Below are positions 35,713-45,203 of a stretch of 45,203 bases of DNA, in pieces (the first letter of the stretch is position 1; the number at the start of each line of letters is the position of its first letter). Origin of the DNA: Octopus sinensis (Eukaryota); assembly GCF_006345805.1 (NCBI RefSeq), contig NW_021834825.1, forward strand, positions 1 to 45,203, read 5' to 3'. The translations under genes and the position numbers were made by a program. The notes beneath the pieces were generated by a model, which was not told the origin of the DNA, made no database searches, and was given only the letters and a program-made list of their open reading frames with translations.

Positions 35713-36075
35713 CTAGCAGTATCGCCCGGCGTTGCTCGGGTTTGTAAGGGAAATAACTATAAAGCATTTTTAGAGAGTTATAGCCAAAAAATGGAAAAAA
35801 AAATGATGGTACATTTTTTTTTTAGTTAAAAAGGTCGAGTTGCGTCCCCATGACAGTCTGTGGTTTGTGTTTCTGATTCTCGACCCCATGTCGAATTTAT
35901 CGATTTTTTTCAGAACTGGGGGAACTTTTCAAAATTTTCGCTGCGTTAGTTTTGAATTATGACATTGGGCTATGTGTGTGTCAAGTTTCATCAGAATCGG
36001 TTGAAAGGGTGAGGGTACAACCTAACAGACACACAGAAACACACACAGACAAACTGCCGTTTATATATAGAGAGA
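35713..36075 (-). mobile_element. Complete non-autonomous Helitron, 363 bp
   Basis: Minus strand A|TC...CCCGAGCAACGCCGGG hairpin...CTGCTAG|T. AT target, no TSD, inserted in a (TACA)n array (35518-35712 and 36076-36168). Confidence 0.85.
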
Positions 36076-36168
36076 TACATACATATATATACATAAATAC
36101 ATATACATACATACATATATATACATACATACATATATATACATACATACATATATATACATACATAT

Positions 36169-38793
36169 AAATCCTTAAATCCTTAAAATGTTTTAGCCCG
36201 AAGGCCGCGGCCATGCTGCGGCACCACCACTGAATGAGCTACACTAATTTGTGAATCCACCTCTGATACGTGGCACTTGATCAACAAGGGAGTTCGATGC
36301 TGCTGCCCGCATCCGCGTCTCCTGTCGTGAGGTAGGCTCATCTGGGACTCCCAACAAGAAGAGATCCAGTTTAGTTTTAAAGAAACCCACATCCACACCA
36401 TGTAAGTCTCTCAGGCATTTAGGGAGGATGTTAAAGAGCTGTGGTCCTCTGAAACCCAAGCTGTTGCAGTATCTGGACCTGTATTTTGATGGTGATGTTG
36501 GAATCCTTGGCACCACGCAGCGGCGCCCCGTTCTGCGGTTGGAGTAACTTTGAATGCCAAAGTTTGGGACAAGACCCTCCAGGATTTTCCAGATGTATAT
36601 CACTGCATATCTCTCCCGCCTCCGCTCTAGGGAGAAGAGGTTTAATACCTTCAGTCTTTTCCAGTAGCTGATATTTTGCATTGAGACGATTTTCTTTGTG
36701 TAGCTTCTCTGAATTGCTTCGAGTTCTGCTGTTTGTTTTATATTGTGTGGTGACCAAAGTTGGGAGCAGTAGTCCAAGCGGCTGAGGACGAATGTTTTCC
36801 ATAGGACCATCAGTGTCTCCTTCTCTCTTGTTCTGAAAGTTCGGAGAATCCATCCAGCTAGCCGTCTGCATTTTATCACCAGATTAGCAATATGCATTTG
36901 GAAAGATGCATCATTGCTCATGTCAATGCCCAGGTCACGCACTGATTTTGACTCAGGGATTGCAATTCTTCCTGGGCCAGTGTATCCAGTCTTCACGTCA
37001 TTTACCTTTGTGTGCCAATAGCGCAGGGCCTGGAACTTACCTGCATTAAACTGCATGTTGTTGTCCTCAGCCCACCTGTATATTGTGTCCAGCTCATGTT
37101 GCAGATGTGCAATATTTTCAGGGTTTTGTATTGCGTGGGAGACTTTTGTGTCATCTGCATAGCTAGCAAGGGTGGTCATCGTAGCAACTGAAGGCATGTC
37201 TGAAAGGGCCACTATGAACATCAGTGGCCCCAAGACAGTGCCCTGTGGGACACCGCTTGTTATTTGCGTTTCCTTGGAGGTGGCCCCATTGCTCACAACT
37301 GCCTGTTTTCTGTCTTTTAGGAAGTTGTGCAGCCACTCTCCAAGTTTCCCACCTATGCCGAGACCACGCAGTTTGTGACAGATCATACCATGGTCGACTT
37401 TATCAAAGGCTTTTGCAACGTCGAGATATATTACATCCACATTTGAGCCATTTAATAGCTGTTTCAACACCCAGTCATAGTGTTGCAGGAGCTGTGTTAG
37501 GTAGCCTCTACCTGGTCGAAATCCATGCTGGGTGTCAGACAGCAAGTCATTTTCTTCAAGGAACATGATTAGTTTCTTACGGACTATTCGTTCCATGACT
37601 TTGCTGATGTGTGAGGTCAGAGAGATAGGCCTATAATTTTTAGCATCTGCTCTGCTACCTCCCTTATGGATAGGGTATATTACCCCCTCTTTCAATTTGA
37701 CTGGGAGCTTACCACTTGCAAGAAAGCTCTGAAAAAGAAGCTGTAGCGGTTTTGCAAGGGCTCGTTTGCACGATTTGAGAAGGATCGCTGGGAATCCATC
37801 AGGTTCAGCAGCTGAGTTTGTGTCAATCTCATCAATGGCTAGTGTGATATCATCATCTTCGATGTTGATGTACTCAATTTTTGTCTCTTTGGCCGCAGGT
37901 AAAGTGGCAAAGAATTCTTCTGGGTTGTTTACTTGCCTGTGTCCTAGAGGTGTAGTGAACACACTTTGGAACTGTTCGTTCAGTATTTCACTTATCCTCG
38001 TGGGATTTCCTGTGAGAGAGCCATCTTTTTGGAAGAGAGGTCCTATTCTCTGGTGCACTGTGGCTGTCTCTTTGGCAAACTTAAAGAAAGCTTTAGGGTT
38101 TGATTTTATATTTTCTATTACCCAAGCTTCTTTATCTGCTCTCTCCTTTTCATGGGACTGATGTAGACTTTTCTCAGTTTCCATTAGCATTCTTTCGAGC
38201 CGAGACTTCTCACCACTTTTGGTGTGCTTGCTCAGGCGGTTTGCAATCCTTGTCCGTCGTCTCATAAGAATCCTCCTTTCTCTAGGGATCCTGTTTTTGT
38301 TCTTGTGTGCGCTGGCCCTGCACACTGGGACATATTTGTCACATATGGCTTGTATTATGGACATGAAGTGTTTGTGTTTCATGTTTATGTCCGGTGTGGA
38401 GAGACATTCAGGCCAATCCTGTTTGAGGATCTCTTTCTCAATCAACTTCCAGTTGGCTTTATGAAAGTTTAAGTTGGAGAGATGGTGGGTGCTTCGTATA
38501 GGCTGTGTGTCTGCGGGGGCTTTTGTTCCATACATAGACAGCTCTATTATGTTGTGATCCGAGATCATTGTCGGCATCACATTAACATTATGAATAATAT
38601 CCATATTGTCTGTGAAGCAGAGATCCAGTATATTATCTGCCCTTGTTGGTTGCAAAACTATTTGCTCCATGAAAGAGGCATTTGTGAGATGGAGCAGGGA
38701 CTCCACCTGTGCCTGCTGATGGTGTGTCATCCCTGGGAGCATCTGCCCCCCAGGCCATTCCACATTGGGGAGGTAAAAGTCACCCATGAAGAA
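36169..38793 (-). mobile_element. Young 5'-truncated CR1-group LINE (partial APE and complete RT)
   Basis: About 850 uninterrupted codons to TAG at 36244: GDF(Y)LP, PTR..NILDL, SDH (APE C-half); NYRPISLTS, QHGFRPGR, YLD.AKAFDKV, GVPQGTVLGP, YADD. Tail (TTAAGGAT)2, a short microsatellite end as in CR1. Confidence 0.92.
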
Positions 38794-39083
38794 TACATAC
38801 ATATATATACATACATATATACATACATATATATATACATACATACATATATACATACATACATATATACATACATACATATATATATACATATATATAT
38901 ATACACATACATATATATATACATATATATATATACACATACATATATATATACATATATATATATACACATACATATATATATACATATATATATATAC
39001 ACATACATATATATATACATATATATATATACACATACATATATATATACATATATATATACACATACATATATATATACATA

Positions 39084-39115
<32 letters not shown>

Positions 39116-39303
39116 CATATATACATACATACATATATACATACATACATATATACATACATACATATATACATACATCATATATATACATACATATATA
39201 TATACATACTATATATATATACATACATACAGAATATATATACATACATATATATATTATACATACATATTATATATATCATACATATATTATATATATA
39301 CAT
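38794..39303. repeat. Compound (TACA)/(TA)/(CA) microsatellite with higher-order periodicity
   Basis: Directly visible; separates the CR1 5' end from the RTE 3' tail. Confidence 0.97.
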
Positions 39304-42300
39304 ACATCATCATCATCATCGTTTAACGTCCGCTTTCCGCGCTAGCACGGGTTGGACGGTTCGACCGGGTCTGGGAAGCCAGGGGCCGCTCCAGGCTCCA
39401 GTCTGAATCTGGCAGAGTTTTCTACGGCTGGATGCCCTTCCTAACGCCAACCACTCCGTGAGTGGATTGGGTGCTTTTTACGTGCCACCTGCACAGGGGC
39501 CGGAGGGTCCGGCATCGTCACGATCGGTTCGAGCATTTTAACGTGTCAGCGGCACGGGGCAACGAGGTCCGGGTACTTTGGGGATCGGGGGACTTTGGGG
39601 ATCCGGGGTACTTTGGGGATCCGGGGTACTTAGAATGGGTAGGGGGTATGTGGAATTGCTGCAGAAAGCAGCCCGGGTCTTTGTAGTCACAGCATATCTC
39701 CAGAGATCTCGGTCCTTCGCCATTGCCTCAGTGAGGCCCAATGCTCTGAGGTCATGCTTGACCACCTCATCCCATGTCTTCCTGGGTCTACCTTCAACTG
39801 TTTGGGAGTGGCACTTCTTCACACATCTCTCTTCATCCATCCGCAGCACATGACCATACCATCGCAAGCGTCGCTCTTGCACACCACATCTGATGCTTCT
39901 TATATCCAGCATTTCTCTCAGGATACTTACACTCTGTCTTGCGTACACACTGACACTACACATCCAGCGGATCATGCTAGCTTCATTTCTTTCAAGTCTA
40001 CGCATGTCTTCTGCAGTCACAGCCCATGTTTCATTACCGTGAAGCATGGCAGTTCGCACACATGCATCATACAATCTACCTTTTGCTCTGAGGGAGAGAC
40101 CTTTTGTTGCCAGTAGGGGTAGGAGCTTTCTGAACTTTGCCCAGGCTATTCGTATTCTAGTGGTGATACTCTCTGTGCATCCACCTCCGCTACTAACTTG
40201 GTCACCCAGGTAGCGGAAACTATCAACTACTTCTAGTTTCTCTCCCTGGAGTGTGATGGAATCTGTTTTCTGAGTGTCTGTTGTGTCTATTGTCCCTGTG
40301 CATCTGCCGCATGAAAGCTATCTATCTGTTAATTTCCCTTTAATGTTGCTGCACCTCTTATGTGTCCATAACTTACATTGGGTGCATCTTATGGAGTTTC
40401 TACCTGTACCTTTCCTACAGATTGAGCAGGGCCACCTACCCGAGGGGATGTGTGCTGAGTACCTCTTGCTGCTTACTAATACTTTGGTCTTTGCTACATT
40501 TATTCTAAGGCCCTTTGATTCCAACCCTTGCTTCCACACCCGAAATTTCTCTTCTAGTTCCGGTAGTGATTCTGCTATGAGAGCTAGGTCATCGGCATAG
40601 AGGAGCTCCCAGGGGCATCCCGTTTTGAATTCCTCTGTTATTGCCTGAAGGACTATGATGAATAAAAGGGGACTGGGCTGAGCCCTGGTGCACACCTACT
40701 TCTACCCGGAATTCTTCGCTATATTCGTTGCCAATCCTAACCTTGCTGACAGCCTCTCTGTATAGAGCCTGTACAGCCCTTATTAGCCATTCTTCAATCT
40801 CCAGTTTCCGCATCGACCACCAGATAAGGGAACGGGAACCCTGTCAAAGGCTTTCTCCAAGTCTACAAAAGCTATGTAGAGGGGTTTATCTTTAGCTAGG
40901 TACTTCTCCTGCAGTTGTCGGACCAGGAATATAGCATCAGTGGTGCTTCTACCTGGTACAAAACCGAACTGCATTTCATCTAAACAAATTCTCTCCCTAA
41001 TGAGATTGGTTATGACCTTCTCTGAGACCTTCATCACCTGGTCCAACAGTTTGATACCTCTGTAGTTATTTCTATCTAGAGCATCACCCTTACCCTTGTA
41101 GCAGTTGACTATGGTGCTGCTGCACCAGTCATTGGGTATGACTCCATTGTGAACTACCTGGTTTACAAGCGGGTGACTATGGCATAGCCCACATAGCCAG
41201 CTGTTTTAAGCATCTCAGCAGTGATTCCTGATAGGCCAGGGGCTTTGCCTGGTTTCATATCCTTAATTGCCTTATCTACAAGGGAGCTGTCTATTCGGGT
41301 AGCTGGTCCCTCTACTGGGTCAACATTTGGCAGGCTCTCCTCCTCCCATTCATTCTCCTCATTCAGCAGTCTTTCATAATGGCTTCTCCAAGCCTCTTTC
41401 TTTTCACTAGTAGTAAAAGCAAGTGCCCCATCATCCATGCGGACACATTTCTCTCCTATAACATCGCTATTTTCTCTGACACACTGTCTGGCAATCCGAA
41501 ATACTTCAGCTCTTTGATCCTCGCGACGCTGGACATTGGCAAACTTCTTCTTTTCTGCTACATCTTTGGCAATGTATACCTGCCGCCCAGCCTCCCTTTT
41601 GGCTATCTGGTACAGTTCCCTGCTGCCCCCATCCTTCCAGGCTTTCAGGCCCGTCTCTTTTCACAGATGGCTTTATCTACTGCACTATTCCACCACCATG
41701 TAATTCTAGGTCTGGAAGGGACTTTGCACCATCCACAGACTTGGTCTGTGGCACTCAACAAGCTGTCCCGTAGGAATTCCCAGCTACCTTCTATGTCTGA
41801 CGTCTGAAGCTCCTCCTCCCTCTCATCAAATTTCTTGATGAGTATGTCCCTCCTCTCATCAAATTTCTTGATGAGTATGTCCCTAAATTTCTGACCATGC
41901 GAAGGGTTCTTTAGCCTCCAAATCCTTCTTTTCTGGATTGGTTTGTTTCTTGGAGTCCTTCTGGCCTCAAGCTTAAAGTCACTGATGATTAGTCTATGCT
42001 GAGGGATACATTCTTCACCCGGGAGGGTCTTTGTATTCAAGAGCAACCCTGCATCCCGTTGTCTGGTGAGGATGAAGTCTATTTGGCTAGCGGAGTCTCC
42101 TGACTGATAAGTTATAAGGTGGCAGACTGGCTTCTTGAAGTTAGTGTTGCAGATTGAAAGGTTACATGCATCACAGAATTCCAGCAGTCTAGTTCCCTCA
42201 TCATTTCTGGTGCCAATACCATAGCCACCATGTACCCCAGTGAAGATACCCGATTCCCGCCCAACATGCCCATTAAAATCTCCACCTACAAAGATGAGGT

Positions 42301-43405
42301 CCTTGTTACTAGTCTTTGACGTAGCCTGCAGAAGGGTATCATAAAAGTTGTCCTTCTGATCATTTGGTAGTCCCGCTTGTGGGGCATAGGCTGAGATAAT
42401 CATAGCTGTGCCACTCTGTAGGACCAACCTGAGCTTAAGCACTCTATCACAAACCCTGACAACCTCTATGACCTTATCCACCCATTCCTCCGCAAGGAGA
42501 ATGCCTACACCCCTACACCTTCCGCGTTACCTTGCCAGTAGAGTTTGTACCTAAGTGCCTTGCCCGTGAGGACCCTAGCCGAAGCATCTCTCCATCTTAC
42601 CTCTTGTATGCAGCATACATCAACCTGTCTTCTCTCTAGCATCTCTACAATCTCACTAGACTTGCCTGTCAATGTACCAACATTGATAGTGCCAACTCTG
42701 AAAACTGGGAAGGAGATGTGGGGGGGACGGGGGGGATTCGGCGCCTGAGAAGAGGAGGGTGTGTTGTGGTGGTGATAGTTTTCGTGGTATTTTTCTTTTG
42801 ATCTCTCTTCCAACCTGACCACACCGTGGGCAGGAGCTGGTGTTAGCAGTGGACATTCGTTATCGTCACTGAGTAACGTAATTAGGTAGAGGAAAGAAAT
42901 ACAGATATTCTAGAGTTGAGTTGGGGAGGGGGGGTCCAGTTGAGGCGGGTAGTATAGGGGAGCAACCAGTGGGGAAGGTTGGGGTAAGGAGGAACGATGG
43001 CAGGAAGGATTGGTGTAGGTTCGTAAGAAATAAAAACGTAGGATATTACGAGGCGGGAGGGTACTAAAAGGGGATGGTCGGATTGAGGCAGTGTCAGGAG
43101 GAAGCATAAGATCGGTGGGCAGTTGATGAGCTATGGCGCTAGCAGCTTGTCTTTTCACAGTGAAAGCATATGAGGAGAAGGGGTAGTGGGGGGAGGAGGA
43201 GGAGGGAGTAGGGCGTATCCGGTGTAGATGAGTAGGGCGTATCCGGTGTAGATGGTGAGAACAGGGTATACTGGTATTGGTGGTGGGGGTGAGAACAGTG
43301 TTCACCGGTATTGGTGGTGGGGGTAAGAACAGTGTTCACCGGTATTGGTGGTGGGGGTGAGAACAGTGTTCATCGGTATTGGTGGTGGGGGTGGGCGGGC
43401 GGGCG
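39304..43405 (-). mobile_element. Near-full-length RTE-clade LINE (APE and RT, frameshifted)
   Basis: APE: GTINVGT, QEVRW, YAPQ, GDFNGHVG, IDFIL. RT: QFGFVPGRST, FVDLEKAFDRV, GVHQGS, LLYADD, RLRWYGHV. (GAT)n tail at 39304; C-rich 5' region with tandem repeats; possible start ATG at 42856. At least six frame breaks. Confidence 0.93.
43206..43392. repeat. 24-bp x2 and 34-bp x3.5 tandem repeats in the RTE 5' region
   Basis: GAGTAGGGCGTATCCGGTGTAGAT at 43206 and 43230; GAGAACAGTGTTCACCGGTATTGGTGGTGGGGGT at 43291, 43325 and 43359. Confidence 0.92.
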
Positions 43406-43406
43406 C

Positions 43407-43602
43407 ACCGCCAATGGCGGAAAGATGGGAAAAGATAGGATTACGGCTTGAGGTAGCCTAAGGTTAAATTTCGTAGAGAGAGAGAGATAGGAAAGATAAA
43501 TCAAGTTATGGCGAAATCTTTCCTATCTCTCTCTACGAAATTTAACCTTAGGCTACCTCAAGCCGTAATCCCATCTTTTCCCATCTTTCCGCCATTGGCG
43601 GT
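43407..43602. repeat. Near-perfect palindrome (91/87-bp arms, 18-nt loop)
   Basis: 43407-43497 is the reverse complement of 43516-43602 apart from one mismatch and two AG units. Confidence 0.95.
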
Positions 43603-43807
43603 CTTAAAAATTTATCTTACTATTTTTATTCGTTGTTACTACGTTTATTCATACATTGATAACTTGATTCGTCTTACCCATCTCATTCACTACGAAAATT
43701 TAACCTTTTAGGCTACTTTCAAGCCTTCGCCATAACTTGATTTATCTTTCCTATCTCTCTCTCTACGAAATATATATATATACATACATATATATATATA
43801 TACATAC

Positions 43808-43838
<31 letters not shown>

Positions 43839-43868
43839 CATATATATATATACATACGATAGCTTCCG

Positions 43869-45087
43869 TTATCTAGGTGACCAAGTCAGTAGTGGGGGTG
43901 GGTGCGCTGAGAGTGTAACTGCTAGAATAAGAATAGCCTGGGCAAAGTTTAGGGAGCTCTTACCTCTGCTGGTGACTAAAGGCCTCTCGCTCAGAGTAAA
44001 GGGCAGACTGTATGATGCATGTGTTCGAACTGCCATGCTACATGGCAGTGAAACATGGGCCGTGACTGCTGAGGACATGCGTAAGCTCATGAGGAATGAA
44101 GCCAGTATGCTCCGATGGATGTGTATTGTCAGTGTACTTACTCGACAGAGTGTTAGTTCCCTAAGAGAAATGTTGTACCTAAGAAGCATCAGTTGTTGCG
44201 TGCAGAGAGAGACGATTGAGATGGTATGGTCATGTGGCGAGAATGGATGAAGATAGGTGTGTGAGAAAGTGCCAATCCCTAGCAGTTGAGGGAACCGTGG
44301 AAGAGGTAGACCCAGGAAAACCTGGGACGAGGTGGTGAAGCACAACCTTCGAACATTAGGTCTCACCATGGAAATGACCAGAGACCGAGACCTATGGAAG
44401 TATGCTGTGCGTGAGAAGACCCGGCAAGACTAGTGAAGCCATAACCCGTGCCCCTACCTGGGACGTAGTCAGTCCCCTGTGCATACCTTCCTGCTTGTGA
44501 CACTTGAGAAGACCTGTTGAGGCAAATCAAATCAAAGTCAAATCGAATCAAGCCAAACCAAATCAAAATAGATGAACATCAATGAATTGTATCCTTGTGG
44601 TACCAGTGCCGGTGGCACATAAGAAAACCATCAGAACGGGCCGTAGCCAGTACCGCATCGACTGGCCTCCGTGCTGTGGGCACGTAACAAACACCGTCCG
44701 AGCGTGGCCGTCTGCCAGCCTCGTCTGGCACCTGTGTCGGTGGCACATAAAAACACCGTCCGAGCGTGGCCGTCTGCCAGCATCGTCTGGCACCTGTGTC
44801 GGTGGCACATAAAAACACCATCCGAGCGTGGCCGTCTGCCAGCCTCGTCTGGCACCTGTGTCGGTGGCACATAAAAACACCATCCGAGCGTGGCCGTTCG
44901 CCAGCCTTGTCTGGCACATAAAATCACCCACTACACTCTCGGAGTGGTTGGAGTTAGGAAGGGCATCCAGCTGTAGAAACACTGCCAGATCTGACTGGCC
45001 TGGTGCAGCCTTCGGGCTCCCCAGACCCCAGTTGAACCGTCCAACCCATGCTAGCATGGAAAGCGGACATTAAACGATGATGATGAT
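43869..45087 (+). mobile_element. RTE LINE 3' fragment, inverted relative to the 39.3-43.4 kb copy
   Basis: RIRIAWAKFRELLPLL and LYDACVRTAMLHGSETWAV motifs; 3'UTR ending CCATGCTAGCATGGAAAGCGGACATTAAAC(GAT)n. Confidence 0.88.
44607..44920 (+). repeat. 62-bp minisatellite within the LINE 3'UTR
   Basis: GGTGGCACATAAAAACACC units start at 44739, 44801 and 44863 (period 62), with degenerate units on both sides. Confidence 0.92.
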
Positions 45088-45203
45088 ATATACATATATA
45101 CATACATATATATATACATACATATATATATATATACATACATATATATTATACATACATGTAGTCAGTGCGGTGGGCACATGACAAACACCATCTGATC
45201 GTG

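Noticed and set aside
36244-39174. 976-aa ORF as a novel host gene
   Set aside because: The N-terminal ~127 aa is translated microsatellite; the rest is a 5'-truncated CR1-group LINE.
44607-44920. CRISPR-like array (also the 34-bp repeats at 43291-43392)
   Set aside because: Units are contiguous tandem copies with no unique spacers, there are no cas genes, and the context is a eukaryotic intron.
1300-45087. Sense-strand bias of intronic retroelements
   Set aside because: About 8 minus versus 4 plus fragments; too few, and not independent enough, to claim a bias.
28804-45203. Upstream CUL3 exons or a second host gene
   Set aside because: No cullin N-terminal peptides or other recognisable host protein seen; all long frames are TE-derived.

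Overview
Eukaryotic, AT-rich and microsatellite-dense genomic DNA. The repeat families resemble those of octopus/coleoid cephalopods; this is an inference from my recognition of the repeats, not a search. The only host gene I can support is cullin-3 (CUL3) on the minus strand. Eight GT-AG coding exons (28803-28689, 28421-28290, 23266-23219, 22487-22439, 13683-13535, 11219-11043, 4458-4288, 1079-972) splice in frame into 949 nt, about 316 aa of the middle of the protein, and both gene ends lie outside the window. The introns are packed with transposable elements: two mariners, several non-autonomous Helitrons, hAT-, piggyBac- and foldback-type MITEs, tRNA-headed SINEs, RTE/BovB/Hero LINE remnants, a young CR1-group LINE with about 850 uninterrupted codons, a near-full-length RTE, and Penelope-like element (PLE) fragments. 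The most notable non-coding signal is a set of minimal type-I hammerhead ribozyme motifs with palindromic helix III in PLE pseudo-LTR-like repeats. One is intact at 32286-32338 on the minus strand (sense to the CUL3 pre-mRNA), one sits in a perfect 66-bp-arm palindrome at 5836-5885 (+), and one is decayed at 35401-35446 (+). Long inverted repeats that could form intronic dsRNA are frequent. Most ORFs in the supplied track are microsatellite or antisense-TE artefacts. TE boundaries given without terminal motifs are approximate.
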